Part shown: in pieces, positions 1 through 8,880 of the stretch
How positions within the stretch are numbered: the stretch's first letter is position 1
How the letters are laid out: each line of letters starts with the position of its first letter
Virus record (IMG/VR): IMGVR_UViG_3300027111_000206
Location: 6,686-70,685 of that record
Source of the DNA: a virus
Strand: one strand, 5' to 3'
DNA length: 64,000 bases
Translations under genes and position numbers: made by a program
The notes under the pieces: model-generated
What the model saw: only the letters and a program-made list of their open reading frames with translations
What the model was told of the DNA's origin: nothing
The model's database searches: none

Positions 1-79
1 CTTGGTCATCCTTGATGACTGTCCACTCATCATTGGTCAGTCGAGCCATTAGCTCGCTGAATCGGTATTGGCGGATCAT
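1..79 (-). CDS. Hypothetical phage protein, N-terminal part only (MIRQYRFSELMARLTNDEWTVIKDDQ..., runs off window)
   Basis: ATG at 79 preceded by AAGGA; co-oriented downstream of the methylase. Confidence 0.5.
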   Translation of the reverse strand, partial: MIRQYRFSELMARLTNDEWTVIKDDQ

Positions 80-123
80 TGGGAGTCCTTGCCGGGCCAG
101 GCCCGGGCGGTGGAGTGGGGGAG

Positions 124-1941
124 TTATGCGGCGCGTGCTTGGCGTTGCACGGCGCGCCACGGGTCATTGGCGCGTGCCAGGGCGGCCATCGGTGGCGGGC
201 TGACGCTGTTGCCGCACATGTGGACCTGCTGAGTCTTGGTGAATGGCTTGCCGTCGGCGCCGTGGCTGATGATGTAGTCGGCAGGGAAGCCCTGGGCCTT
301 GTACAGCTCAGATGGCTTCAGCATCCGCAGGCAGATGTCCACGATGACGTAGGGCGTGCCCTTCACCATCACGGTGACCATTGCCAGGCGGTCCTTGGTG
401 GTGATGGTTGGCGCCGGCGCATCGCAGGCGCTGATGTTCTCGGTGCCGTAGTAGCTGATCAGGAAAGCCGCGACTCGCAGTGCTCCATCCTCGTGCTCGG
501 GCGACAGCTTGTACTGCAGCAATGCGTGGTGCTCGGCGCCGGCCGTCATTGTCGGAACGGGTTCGTCCACGCCGCGCCCGACGCAGTTTCGACGTAACGT
601 TGCCAGGCTGGCGCTGACCAACTGCTGCTGGCTGCCGGTGTTGGTCACCGTTGTCAGCGGGTCATCCATGCCCTTGGCAAACGTGGTGTTGAAGCCGCCG
701 TTCATCTGGGCCATGAAGGCGGTGGCAATCGCGCGGTGGTTCTGTGTCATCAGCGTGCCCACCGGCTGATCAATGCCTACCGGCTTGCCTGAGTACTCCG
801 GGCCACCAGCCCCAACCATCAGCGGACTGATCAGTGTCAGCTCACCGCGGTTAGCGCAGGTCACAGTGGGAAGCGGCTCCATCGGATCGTTCACCCGAAC
901 GCTGCCCTGGTGCGTGGCCGGCGCAATCACGGGGCTTGCCACGGCGAACGATCCACCGCGGGGCCAACTGGTGACGGTGCGCAGGGGCTCGTCGACCGAC
1001 TGGACAAGCTCACCGGACCAGTTCGCGATCGGCACAATGAACGGCGCCGGGTTATCGATGACGAACTTCTTCATGCCCTTGGCGACCCGCCGGAGAGTGG
1101 CCGGCGCCAGGTTCTTCTTGCGTCCGAAGATGCTCTTGCCCAGGTCGCTGAAGTCGATGCAGTCAGCGGCGGTATTCCATTTCTGCTGTCCCTTGACTGG
1201 GTTCTTGGCATGGGTGGGCTCAGGCCACACGATCGGCTGGCCGTCGCACCGGGCGATCATGAACAGCCGTTCCCGGCTGGTGGGTGCGCCGAAGTCGCAG
1301 GCTTTGATCACCTTCCACTCGACGACGTAGCCCATGCCTTCCAGCAGGGAGACGAAACGGCGCCAGGTCCGGCCGCGGTGCTTCGGGTCCGGCACCAGGA
1401 ACTGCTGGCCCACCGGCACCACCTCGCCAGGCGCAGCTACCTCTCCGTTGAGCTTCACCACCCGCCCGGTGGCCTTGTCGCGCTTGGCGATCAGCCGGCC
1501 CCATTGCAGGATCTGCTTCACGTTTTCCAGGCTGATCACCCGGGGTCTCTTCTTTCCGCCCCACTTGAGACCGATCCACGACAGGTTCCGAATCTCGCGC
1601 TTGCGCGGCTGGCCGCCGGCGGCCTGGCTGTGGTGCGTGCAGTCTGGCGACATGTGAAACCAGCCCACGGGCCGGCCGCCGCATTCGGTGTCCGGGTCAC
1701 CCTCGAACACGTCGGTGGTGAAGTGCCTGGCGGCAGGGTGGTTGACGGTGTGCATGCTGATCGCGGCAGGGCTGTGGTTCTTCGCTACGGCTACAGCCCG
1801 GCCCAGGCCCATTTCCAGCCCGGTACCGGCGCCGCCGCCACCGCAGAAAAAGTCGACCACGATCTCGTCATCCTGAGGGTTGAAGCCGAGTCCGTATTGG
1901 GTTTTGAAATCGAAGGGGTGTTTCTTCTGTTGTGCGGACAT
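124..1941 (-). CDS. C5 DNA cytosine methyltransferase (phage, long variable region)
   Basis: Motif I DFFCGGGG, motif IV SPDC, motif VI ENV, motif VIII RERLF, C-terminal GNSV. Confidence 0.92.
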   Translation of the reverse strand: MSAQQKKHPFDFKTQYGLGFNPQDDEIVVDFFCGGGGAGTGLEMGLGRAVAVAKNHSPAAISMHTVNHPAARHFTTDVFEGDPDTECGGRPVGWFHMSPDCTHHSQAAGGQPRKREIRNLSWIGLKWGGKKRPRVISLENVKQILQWGRLIAKRDKATGRVVKLNGEVAAPGEVVPVGQQFLVPDPKHRGRTWRRFVSLLEGMGYVVEWKVIKACDFGAPTSRERLFMIARCDGQPIVWPEPTHAKNPVKGQQKWNTAADCIDFSDLGKSIFGRKKNLAPATLRRVAKGMKKFVIDNPAPFIVPIANWSGELVQSVDEPLRTVTSWPRGGSFAVASPVIAPATHQGSVRVNDPMEPLPTVTCANRGELTLISPLMVGAGGPEYSGKPVGIDQPVGTLMTQNHRAIATAFMAQMNGGFNTTFAKGMDDPLTTVTNTGSQQQLVSASLATLRRNCVGRGVDEPVPTMTAGAEHHALLQYKLSPEHEDGALRVAAFLISYYGTENISACDAPAPTITTKDRLAMVTVMVKGTPYVIVDICLRMLKPSELYKAQGFPADYIISHGADGKPFTKTQQVHMCGNSVSPPPMAALARANDPWRAVQRQARAA

Positions 1942-1981
1942 AGAAGATCCTCGCCGGTTGGCGTGATTCGAGTTTGTGGGG

Positions 1982-3142
1982 TTACTTCTTCGGGTAGGTC
2001 TTGGTCAGGCTGCCGTTGACCGTGTGGCCGCGCTTCAGCACGACCCGGGCCAGTGCCGCGCGATCCTTCTCGCTGTGACTGGCTTGGCTCAGCAGGCCGA
2101 AGTAACTGTTGGCCGTCTCGCGGAGTTCCTCGGCGGGCGCCGCGGCTGTTCGCTTCAGTGCCTGGGCCAATGACCGCTTGCGCGTGGTTCGTCGCCACGG
2201 CTTGATGACGTGCCCGACGAAATCCACGCCCCGGTCAACCGGCTGCAAGATTGTCTTGCTGGGGTTGAGCCTAGCGCCAAGGCTGGGCAGGAACGCCTGC
2301 ACCTGAGCCAGCCAGGCGCTGAGCTGTTGCGGCGACTCATGCAGGAACACGAAGTCATCGACGTAGCGGACATAGTGCTTGGCGCCGAGCCGGTGCTTGG
2401 CGAACTGGTCCAGGGCGTTGAGGTACACGTTGGCGAAGAACTGCGACGACAGGTTGCCGATTGGCAGGCCCAGGCGCGCAGGCTGCGCGGTCAGGCGCTT
2501 GTGCTGTGGCACCCGGTTGAACAGATGGGCCGGGCTGCGCACCTCGTAATCCTCGCGAGGGTCATGCATCAGGATCTGCTCAGCGAGGGCCAGCCACCAG
2601 GGTTCGGTGATCTTGGCGGCCAACTGCCGACGCAGTACCTCTTTGTCGATGGCGACAAAGAAGTTCGCCAGGTCGCATTTCAGGTAGAAAATCGGCTTCG
2701 ACCAGTTCTCGCTGGCGCTGCGTATTTTCGACTCAAGGCGCTTTGCGGCGTACAACGTGCCGCGCCCCGGGATGCACGCGCAACTGTCCGCTATGAAGCT
2801 GGCGTAGAAGCGCGGTGCCACATGGTTGTACAGCAGATGGTGGACGACGCGGTCCCGAAAGGCAGCCGCCCAGACTTCCCGGGCCTTCGGTCGGGTGACC
2901 ACAAAGCAGATGGATCGGCCTGGCCGGTAGGTGCCGGCGATCAGGTCGTTGTGCAGCTCGATCAGGTTGCGTTCCAGGTCCATTTCGAAAGCCAGTGCAC
3001 TGTCGCTGTTGCGCTTGGAGCGTCGGCAGTCGTAATAGGCCTGGACAAGATCGCTGAACGGGTAGGGGCCAACGTTCGAATCTGCGGACGGGGCGGACGC
3101 GGAGCTCGTCGTCCTTGTCGTTGTTGTTCTGATTGCCATCAT
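1982..3142 (-). CDS. DGR reverse transcriptase
   Basis: FRDRVVHH, KCDLANFF, GLPIGNLSSQFFANVYL and YVRYVDDF motifs; no maturase/endonuclease tail; adjacent to TR and Avd; 5' end overlaps TR, start codon uncertain. Confidence 0.95.
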   Translation of the reverse strand: MMAIRTTTTRTTSSASAPSADSNVGPYPFSDLVQAYYDCRRSKRNSDSALAFEMDLERNLIELHNDLIAGTYRPGRSICFVVTRPKAREVWAAAFRDRVVHHLLYNHVAPRFYASFIADSCACIPGRGTLYAAKRLESKIRSASENWSKPIFYLKCDLANFFVAIDKEVLRRQLAAKITEPWWLALAEQILMHDPREDYEVRSPAHLFNRVPQHKRLTAQPARLGLPIGNLSSQFFANVYLNALDQFAKHRLGAKHYVRYVDDFVFLHESPQQLSAWLAQVQAFLPSLGARLNPSKTILQPVDRGVDFVGHVIKPWRRTTRKRSLAQALKRTAAAPAEELRETANSYFGLLSQASHSEKDRAALARVVLKRGHTVNGSLTKTYPKK

Positions 3143-3182
3143 CGAAGTTCATGTTGAATGCGTTGTTGGCGGAGCGCTGCGA
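3081..3182 (-). ncRNA. DGR template repeat (TR), 102 nt
   Basis: Minus strand TCG CAG CGC TCC GCC AAC AAC GCA TTC AAC ATG AAC TTC GAT GAT GGC AAT CAG AAC AAC AAC GAC AAG GAC GAC GAG CTC CGC GTC CGC CCC GTC CGC AGA; 30 adenines; aligns ungapped to three VRs. Confidence 0.97.
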
Positions 3183-3353
3183 CCTATCGTGCTATCTACG
3201 TCGACAAGCCGAAGGCAGCGCCGATCAGCAAGGAAACTGCGCGAGACCTACACGGACGCTTTAGACCGGCGGTATCTCTTGTGCGCATGGCGGTGGCCCG
3301 AAGGCCAGCGGCACGACCAGATTCAATTCGCACAGACCTGAAAGCCGTAACTC

Positions 3354-3710
3354 TCAGGTAGCGGGCGCGGTTGGGGTGGAGCGTTTCCAGGCATTCGCCT
3401 GTTTGCCAATTGAGGTGGTGACCTCGATAGCCTTGGCATGCTGCGGGACGCTGATGAATCGGCTTTCCTTGAACAGCCGCATTAGGAACTCGATGACCTG
3501 GACCTTCTCAACCAGCGAGGTCAGGTGTGGATGTTTGTCCCGGGTCGAGTTGGCCCGGGCAATCAACATCAGCACGTCGATGCACTCATCAATCACCCGC
3601 TTGCCAAGCGACTGCTTCAGGTCGCGGGGAATGTTTCGGGTAAGGTTGGTGGACATATGAAGCAGACCCATGGCTGCGGCATAGATCGAAAGATCGGTGT
3701 GCATTCCCAT
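3354..3710 (-). CDS. avd: DGR accessory variability determinant (Avd-like four-helix bundle)
   Basis: 118 aa, basic, helical, IPRDLKQSLG ... IGKQANAWKR pattern; lies between target gene and TR/RT. Confidence 0.88.
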   Translation of the reverse strand: MGMHTDLSIYAAAMGLLHMSTNLTRNIPRDLKQSLGKRVIDECIDVLMLIARANSTRDKHPHLTSLVEKVQVIEFLMRLFKESRFISVPQHAKAIEVTTSIGKQANAWKRSTPTAPAT

Positions 3711-3735
3711 TGCAGTGTTTCTCCATGAACAGCCA

Positions 3736-3753
3736 CCGGCCGCAAGCGGCCGG
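3736..3753. other. GC hairpin/cruciform downstream of VR1 (DGR target-recognition element candidate)
   Basis: Perfect inverted repeat CCGGCCG-CAAG-CGGCCGG, 29 nt beyond VR1. Confidence 0.7.
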
Positions 3754-3767
3754 ATTAAATAAGCAAA

Positions 3768-4388
3768 TTAATCAATCAACTTACTGCGGACGGGGCGGAC
3801 GCGGAGCTCGTCGTCCTTGCCGTAGCCGTACTGATAGCCATCACCGAAGTGCACGCTGAATGCGCCGTCGGCGGAGCGCTGCGAACTCGACCAGTAGGCG
3901 CGATCCTGGAAGGCTTCAGGGCCGTCTTCCTGGAAGGCCTCGATGCTGGTCTGGGTCGGCGACTCATCGGTGTACAGCAGGCCAACCGGCTCGCTGTTGG
4001 GGTTGTCACCGTTGCGACCGTAAGCCCAGTTCTCTTCGGTCGTTGGCTTGAAGTGACGATACTGCAGCTCTTGCACGTCCCGGGCCGGGATCGCCCAGTC
4101 GGTAAAACCTGCGATGTCCAGGGCCAGAACCTTTTGAGCCAGTTCGCTGCCGGCCGCCGCCATGGCCTCGGTGTTGGCCCGGCTGTCGGTGAAGCTGTCG
4201 GCTCCGTCGATTTTCTCGCCGTACTTGCCCCAGGCACCGACCAGCTCATACTCGGCGCCGGCGGTGATGTTCAGGTAACGCTTGCCGGTGTCCGGGTCAC
4301 GAGTGATGCCGGAGAAGAAACCGCCGCCGAAGGGCTGGCCGATTTCCGGGATGGTCACTGCTGGTGCTGCTTGGGCTGCTGCGGACAT
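3768..4388 (-). CDS. DGR target 1, DUF1566/Lcl-type CLec-fold protein
   Basis: GFTDWAIPARDVQEL and AYWSSS motifs; C-terminal VR; GAGG RBS before ATG 4388. Confidence 0.88.
   Translation of the reverse strand: MSAAAQAAPAVTIPEIGQPFGGGFFSGITRDPDTGKRYLNITAGAEYELVGAWGKYGEKIDGADSFTDSRANTEAMAAAGSELAQKVLALDIAGFTDWAIPARDVQELQYRHFKPTTEENWAYGRNGDNPNSEPVGLLYTDESPTQTSIEAFQEDGPEAFQDRAYWSSSQRSADGAFSVHFGDGYQYGYGKDDELRVRPVRSKLID
3783..3884 (-). repeat. Variable region VR1
   Basis: 14 mismatches to TR in 102 nt, all at TR adenines. Confidence 0.97.
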
Positions 4389-4465
4389 GGTCTTTCCTCT
4401 TTTCGAAGGCAACAAAAAAGGCGCTGCTGCGCCCGATGCCGGATCAAGAACGAATTAATGAATGA

Positions 4466-5059
4466 TTAAATGAAGTATCTGCGGACGGGGCGGACGCGGA
4501 GCTCGTAGTACTTGCCGAAGCTGATCTGACTGCCACCATCGAAGCGCACGCCGAATGCGCTGTCGGCGGAGCGCTGCGAACTCGACCAGTAGGCACCCTC
4601 GGTGATCAAGTCATGCACCCATGCCTGATAGAGCTGGGCCGCCGCTGGAAGGTCGAAGTCGGAGTGCCCGTCAGCGGTGTATGCCCGGCACGCTTCGGCG
4701 GCTGGATGGCCTCCTTCCGCGATCAGGGCGTCGGTGTTGGCCTTACCGTCCCATTTGCTGGTGGCGTCCGACTCTTCGCGGTATCGACCCCATGCGTGCT
4801 CCCCTACATCGCTTGCAGCGAGGATCAGGTAGTGCGCCGGGACATCGCCGCGAGCAGCAACGAATCCGCCGTTGATGCCGCCCTGGCCGGGCCAGTACTC
4901 GCCCAGGGCCGGGGCGGTAACTGGTGCTGTCGATGGGACATTCGCCGCTGGCGGGAGAGAGCTTACGAGCAGGGCAGCGATTGCGATCTCTGCCAGCCTT
5001 GGGCGGGCCACTTTGAAGTGGAAGCCATTGTGTTCCAGTTTCACCATTTCAGCTTTCAT
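4466..5059 (-). CDS. DGR target 2, DUF1566/Lcl-type CLec-fold protein
   Basis: PALGEYWPGQGG, HSDFDLP, LITEGAYWSSS; C-terminal VR; paralog of target 3. Confidence 0.88.
   Translation of the reverse strand: MKAEMVKLEHNGFHFKVARPRLAEIAIAALLVSSLPPAANVPSTAPVTAPALGEYWPGQGGINGGFVAARGDVPAHYLILAASDVGEHAWGRYREESDATSKWDGKANTDALIAEGGHPAAEACRAYTADGHSDFDLPAAAQLYQAWVHDLITEGAYWSSSQRSADSAFGVRFDGGSQISFGKYYELRVRPVRRYFI
4478..4579 (-). repeat. Variable region VR2
   Basis: 16 mismatches to TR: 14 at adenines plus 2 G>T (plus-strand 4507, 4510). Confidence 0.95.
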
Positions 5060-5116
5060 GGGTTTTCCTCAGGATGGCGCCGCCCTCCGTGACCGGATGC
5101 GCAGCGTGGGGTAGGG

Positions 5117-5479
5117 TTACTTCGGAATGTCGATTTCGTCGTCAGGCTCTGGCGGATCGTCGGCGAGCGACTTGCGGCCGGCTGCCTCAATAATGCGTGA
5201 CACCTTTTCGGTAACAATGAAAGGTGTCGTGACACACTTCAGCATACTGGCCTGGGTATCGAAGTCGGCCGCAATCAGGTTCATCAGCAGCCGCTGATGG
5301 ACGTCCTGCTGGTTGTTGATGCCGTGGGCTTTCATGACCTTCTTCAGGTCAGGCTTGAACACCCCGGCCACTTCGATCTGGAACTTCTCGATGCCCAGCG
5401 CGGAGTTCTTCGCCGCTGCCTTCTCGCGCTTTCGCCGCTGCTTCAACGCTTCCGCTGTCGGCTGTTGTTCCTCGGCCAT
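5117..5479 (-). CDS. Hypothetical phage protein
   Basis: ORF with GGAG RBS in the early-left operon. Confidence 0.7.
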   Translation of the reverse strand: MAEEQQPTAEALKQRRKREKAAAKNSALGIEKFQIEVAGVFKPDLKKVMKAHGINNQQDVHQRLLMNLIAADFDTQASMLKCVTTPFIVTEKVSRIIEAAGRKSLADDPPEPDDEIDIPK

Positions 5480-5554
5480 GGCCTGCTCCTTCAATTCCAC
5501 TGGCCGGCAGTGCCAGCCAGGTCTGTCGTTTGCGTTGTTGGGTGCGAAAACGTC

Positions 5555-6016
5555 TCACGCTGCGACCTTCACCTGGTTCCAGGCGCCTACGGCAGCCAGT
5601 AGCGCAGACAATCGCGCCTCGGGTACCGGTGTATCGCCGGGCACCGCCAGCCAACCCATGCCGATCCGGTGATTCGGGTTGCAGTCGGCCTTCACCTCTT
5701 CGTAGAAATGTTCCAGAACGTCAGAAAGCCTTTCCACCAGGTGGACACCGTCCGGCCTGATGTCTATCGACTTGATGTATTGGGCGCCATCTTGGCGAAC
5801 GCAGATGCCGGCGATGTAGATCGTCCAGCGGTGCGCAACATCACAGAGCGCGTCGGAGACTGCTTTCGACAGGATCTGCTTCCCATTCTTCCAGTTGATC
5901 ATCACCTGCAGGCCGCTCGGGTCTATGTTGATGACCGCGGCATGATGGGTGTTGACCAGGGCGCGCATGCTGCGCTCGATCTGGACCCGCCGGTTGCATG
6001 GTTTGCGCTTGCTCAT
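5555..6016 (-). CDS. Hypothetical phage protein
   Basis: 153-aa ORF with ATGA overlap to the upstream gene. Confidence 0.7.
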   Translation of the reverse strand: MSKRKPCNRRVQIERSMRALVNTHHAAVINIDPSGLQVMINWKNGKQILSKAVSDALCDVAHRWTIYIAGICVRQDGAQYIKSIDIRPDGVHLVERLSDVLEHFYEEVKADCNPNHRIGMGWLAVPGDTPVPEARLSALLAAVGAWNQVKVAA

Positions 6017-6255
6017 AACGCCTCCGCCATCTTGCGCAGCGCCCGGCGCTCGGCCAATGTCAGAGGCGCCGGCTTGCGCTTGAGGACCGTTTCAGGGTCT
6101 ATCCGGGTTGAGCGGGCCGGCGGGATAGGATTGCGCGGAGGGCTTCGCAGCTCATCGATTCGCCCGCCTGCCGCCAGGAACTGGGCGATCTGGTCGGAAA
6201 GGGCGTTTGCCTGTGGCCGGTTGTGCTCGACCAGGCTGAGGTGGTTGCTGATCAT
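6013..6255 (-). CDS. Hypothetical phage protein (MISNHLSLVEHNR...)
   Basis: Coupled overlaps with both neighbours. Confidence 0.65.
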   Translation of the reverse strand: MISNHLSLVEHNRPQANALSDQIAQFLAAGGRIDELRSPPRNPIPPARSTRIDPETVLKRKPAPLTLAERRALRKMAEAL

Positions 6256-6869
6256 GCTGCTATCCCCAATACCTTGTTCATGCGCTCGTCGAGGATTTCG
6301 TAAAAGGTTTTCACCCGCTCGGCGAGTTTGCGAATCATCACTTCGTCCCGATAGGCGCGCTTGATGAACAGAGGCATGCCAGGCCAGTAGCAGACGAAGT
6401 CGATCCACTCGCGGTCTGAAACCCAGAGGCCGCCTTGGCACTGCGCTACGTGTTCCTTTGGAACCTCGCCGGAGAGGATGACCTCCACCTGGAACTTCGG
6501 TAGCTTTGTTTTGATTTCGCAGAGGCCGTCAGTCCCGATCAACGAGTCAGGCGAGTAGCCAATCCCATGATTGAGGATGATGCCCACCTGATGCGTGGTC
6601 ACGTCCGCCTGCGCCTGGTACAGGCCGCGGGCAGTGCCTTCGTACTCATGGCCGCGCTCTGTGTGGCGATTGCCCTGGAAGGGGTCGGCAGCTTCGCCCG
6701 TGATGCGCTCGCCGATAAGGGTGTTCATGTAGGTGAACGCTCCAGCGCCGAACCCGGCTTCGCCTTTCCCGTTGACCAGCAGGCAATCCAGCTCCGAGCA
6801 AGTAACGATGCCCAGGCGCAGGTTCAGCCACTCTTGAGTCCCTTGCTCTACGTCACTGATGATTTGCAT
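6252..6869 (-). CDS. YqaJ/lambda-Exo-family 5'-3' exonuclease
   Basis: QGTQEWLNLRLG, GHEYE, YSPDSL..GLCEIKT, QCQGGLWV motifs. Confidence 0.9.
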   Translation of the reverse strand: MQIISDVEQGTQEWLNLRLGIVTCSELDCLLVNGKGEAGFGAGAFTYMNTLIGERITGEAADPFQGNRHTERGHEYEGTARGLYQAQADVTTHQVGIILNHGIGYSPDSLIGTDGLCEIKTKLPKFQVEVILSGEVPKEHVAQCQGGLWVSDREWIDFVCYWPGMPLFIKRAYRDEVMIRKLAERVKTFYEILDERMNKVLGIAA

Positions 6870-7611
6870 TGTCTGCCTCCGCTTTCGCTGCAGATTTGGT
6901 GAGCTGTCCGAGCACCTTGTCGAACTCCGCCTTGCTGACGTCTGACGTGGCGCCATGGAGACTGGCGAACGCCTCTTTTGCCTTGTCACTGCATTTGTCC
7001 AGCAGCGCCTGGAGCTGTCGAGCCTGGACAGGCGTTACCAGTTGTTCAGATGGCTCTACATACCCGTCATTGTCGTTGTCGTCGCCGCTGGTGATGTTCA
7101 GCAAAGCGCACATCACATACCGCTTTCCGTAGGTTGTGGTCGAACCAACCGACTGAACAGCACTGCGCCCGGCGCCGGTATCAAGGGGCAGGATCATTGT
7201 TGTTTCTTCGCGGTGACCGGCCTTGTGCATCAGGATGCCGGTGATGCTCACACCGTTGGCCTGGTTCACAATCTTGAAGGACACGCCAAAGCCGAACTTG
7301 GCCATGACCGGGCGAACCGCATAGTTGATGTCGTCCAGGTCGGCGTACATCTTCTTGGTGTGCGTGTTTTCGGTGCGCTTCTCTACAGAAGGCATTTCGC
7401 ACTGCATTTCAGCGAATGCTGCGTTGAATGCTTCGAGCGCGCTTTTGGCCTCCATACGGTCTTGAAGCTTGATCAGGCGTTCCAGCTTGTCCATGTCGCA
7501 GCGTGGGTCGAGAGCAAGCCGGCTGATCGTTGCCAGCATGCTGATCTCTTGCGGCGGATTGGCGAGCATTTGGCTTTCCCGATCTGGCGGCATGATGATT
7601 TCGGTAGACAT
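6853..7611 (-). CDS. erf: ERF-family single-strand annealing recombinase
   Basis: YADLDDI..AVRPVMAKFGF, QSVGSTTTYGKRY, DDNDND pattern; paired with Exo. Confidence 0.88.
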   Translation of the reverse strand: MSTEIIMPPDRESQMLANPPQEISMLATISRLALDPRCDMDKLERLIKLQDRMEAKSALEAFNAAFAEMQCEMPSVEKRTENTHTKKMYADLDDINYAVRPVMAKFGFGVSFKIVNQANGVSITGILMHKAGHREETTMILPLDTGAGRSAVQSVGSTTTYGKRYVMCALLNITSGDDNDNDGYVEPSEQLVTPVQARQLQALLDKCSDKAKEAFASLHGATSDVSKAEFDKVLGQLTKSAAKAEADNANHQ

Positions 7612-7618
7612 GGCGACC

Positions 7619-8719
7619 TCAGTAGCAAATTGAAATGGCTGGAATCTTGCGCTGGGCGATCAGGGTGATTGCCTGCTTCGCGCATTCCTCGGTCATGCCG
7701 CCAGCGATGAAGGCTTCCAGGGCGGCGCGGTTGATCTTGGCTTTGTGTGCCTTGTCAGCCTCGCGCAGCCGCTCCTGGCGCAGGATTTCGTCCGCTGCGG
7801 CTTTCTGGCGGGCAATCTCATCGAGGCGCGCCTTTTCGACGGCCTGCTTCTGATCTTCGATTGCTTGAAGGCGGTCGCGCTCGGCTTTCTGGTCCGCCTC
7901 GATCTTCTCCCGCCTGGCCAGTTCTGCTTGGCGCTCGGCTTCGGCGGCGGCCAGCTTCAGGTCGTTCTCCCGCTTCTCCGCGGCTGCCTGCTCGTCTCGT
8001 GCCCGCTGCGCAGCCGCATCACGCTCACGCTGAGCCTTTTCCTCTGCTTCACGGGTAGCGCGTTCGGCGGCTTCACGGGCGATTCGATCCTCGCGCTCCT
8101 TCTTCTCGCGAGCCTCGTCTTCGGCGCGACGCCGAGCCAGTTCGGCCTGGTCAGCTTCGAAGGCCTCACGCTTGGCGAGCCCGGCGCGCAGTACGGCTAG
8201 GACCTTGTCCTTCGCCCGGGCGGCTTCGGCTTCGAATTCTTCCCAGTGGGCGCCAATCTCAACCGCTTCAGCCTCCGTAATGCGCTGCTTGATCTGCTCC
8301 GACGTCAGCTCCGCGAGCATGTCGTCGCGATTCTTCAGCCAGTCGATGCCGTCGTTATGCTTGTCGACCCGGGCGTCTTCGGCTGCCTGCCACTCGTTCA
8401 GCGGCCGACGCACCTCTTCCTGCCAAGCTTCCAGGGTGTCCCGGACGCGCTTGCGCTCGGCGTCGATCTTCTTTGGCACTTCCTTCAGGTCGGCGACGAG
8501 CTTCTTCCCGACGTCGTCCAGAGCGGTCTTGGAGCGGGCGACCTTGTAGGCCATCGAGGCGATTGCATCACGACCTTTGCGGGTGCTGATGTCCGGCGTG
8601 AAGCCGTCGATCTCGGTGCGGATCTTCTGAAGCCATGGCTCCAGGCCGTTCGGCGCGCTGTAGACGGCCAGGGCGGTTTCTGCGGGCGGCACTACAGCCA
8701 GTTCGGTTTTTGCGGACAC
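7619..8719 (-). CDS. Coiled-coil phage protein preceding the recombination genes
   Basis: 366 aa, GTG start, long A/E/R/K-rich helical region. Confidence 0.75.
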   Translation of the reverse strand: MSAKTELAVVPPAETALAVYSAPNGLEPWLQKIRTEIDGFTPDISTRKGRDAIASMAYKVARSKTALDDVGKKLVADLKEVPKKIDAERKRVRDTLEAWQEEVRRPLNEWQAAEDARVDKHNDGIDWLKNRDDMLAELTSEQIKQRITEAEAVEIGAHWEEFEAEAARAKDKVLAVLRAGLAKREAFEADQAELARRRAEDEAREKKEREDRIAREAAERATREAEEKAQRERDAAAQRARDEQAAAEKRENDLKLAAAEAERQAELARREKIEADQKAERDRLQAIEDQKQAVEKARLDEIARQKAAADEILRQERLREADKAHKAKINRAALEAFIAGGMTEECAKQAITLIAQRKIPAISICY

Positions 8720-8763
8720 GAGCGAATCCTTGCCGCGACGTGCGCAGCGCTTGAAGGTGTGAG

Positions 8764-8880
8764 TTAGGAGGTAATGCGATCGGCGTAGGCGCTTGCGAGC
8801 ATCCAGGCCGTGCAGAGAAGAAGGACGATTGCTGATCCGCGCCAGGTGTAGATCCTGCGCAGGCGTTGGATTTTTGTCAT
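8764..8880 (-). CDS. 38-aa membrane peptide (MTKIQRLRRIYTWRGSAIVLLLCTAWMLASAYADRITS)
   Basis: GGAG RBS, one hydrophobic segment, overlap-coupled; below ORF-track cutoff. Confidence 0.55.
   Translation of the reverse strand: MTKIQRLRRIYTWRGSAIVLLLCTAWMLASAYADRITS

Noticed and set aside
1982-3142. RT as group II intron, retron or Abi RT
   Set aside because: No maturase/endonuclease extension or intron domain V/VI, and no msr-msd inverted repeats seen. The adjacent Avd, AAC-rich TR and A-specific VRs identify a DGR.
2733-3152. 139-aa ORF starting MNFDDGNQNNNDKDDELRVRPVRR as a fourth target
   Set aside because: It is the TR read in the VR frame running out of frame through the RT gene; it has no CLec body upstream.
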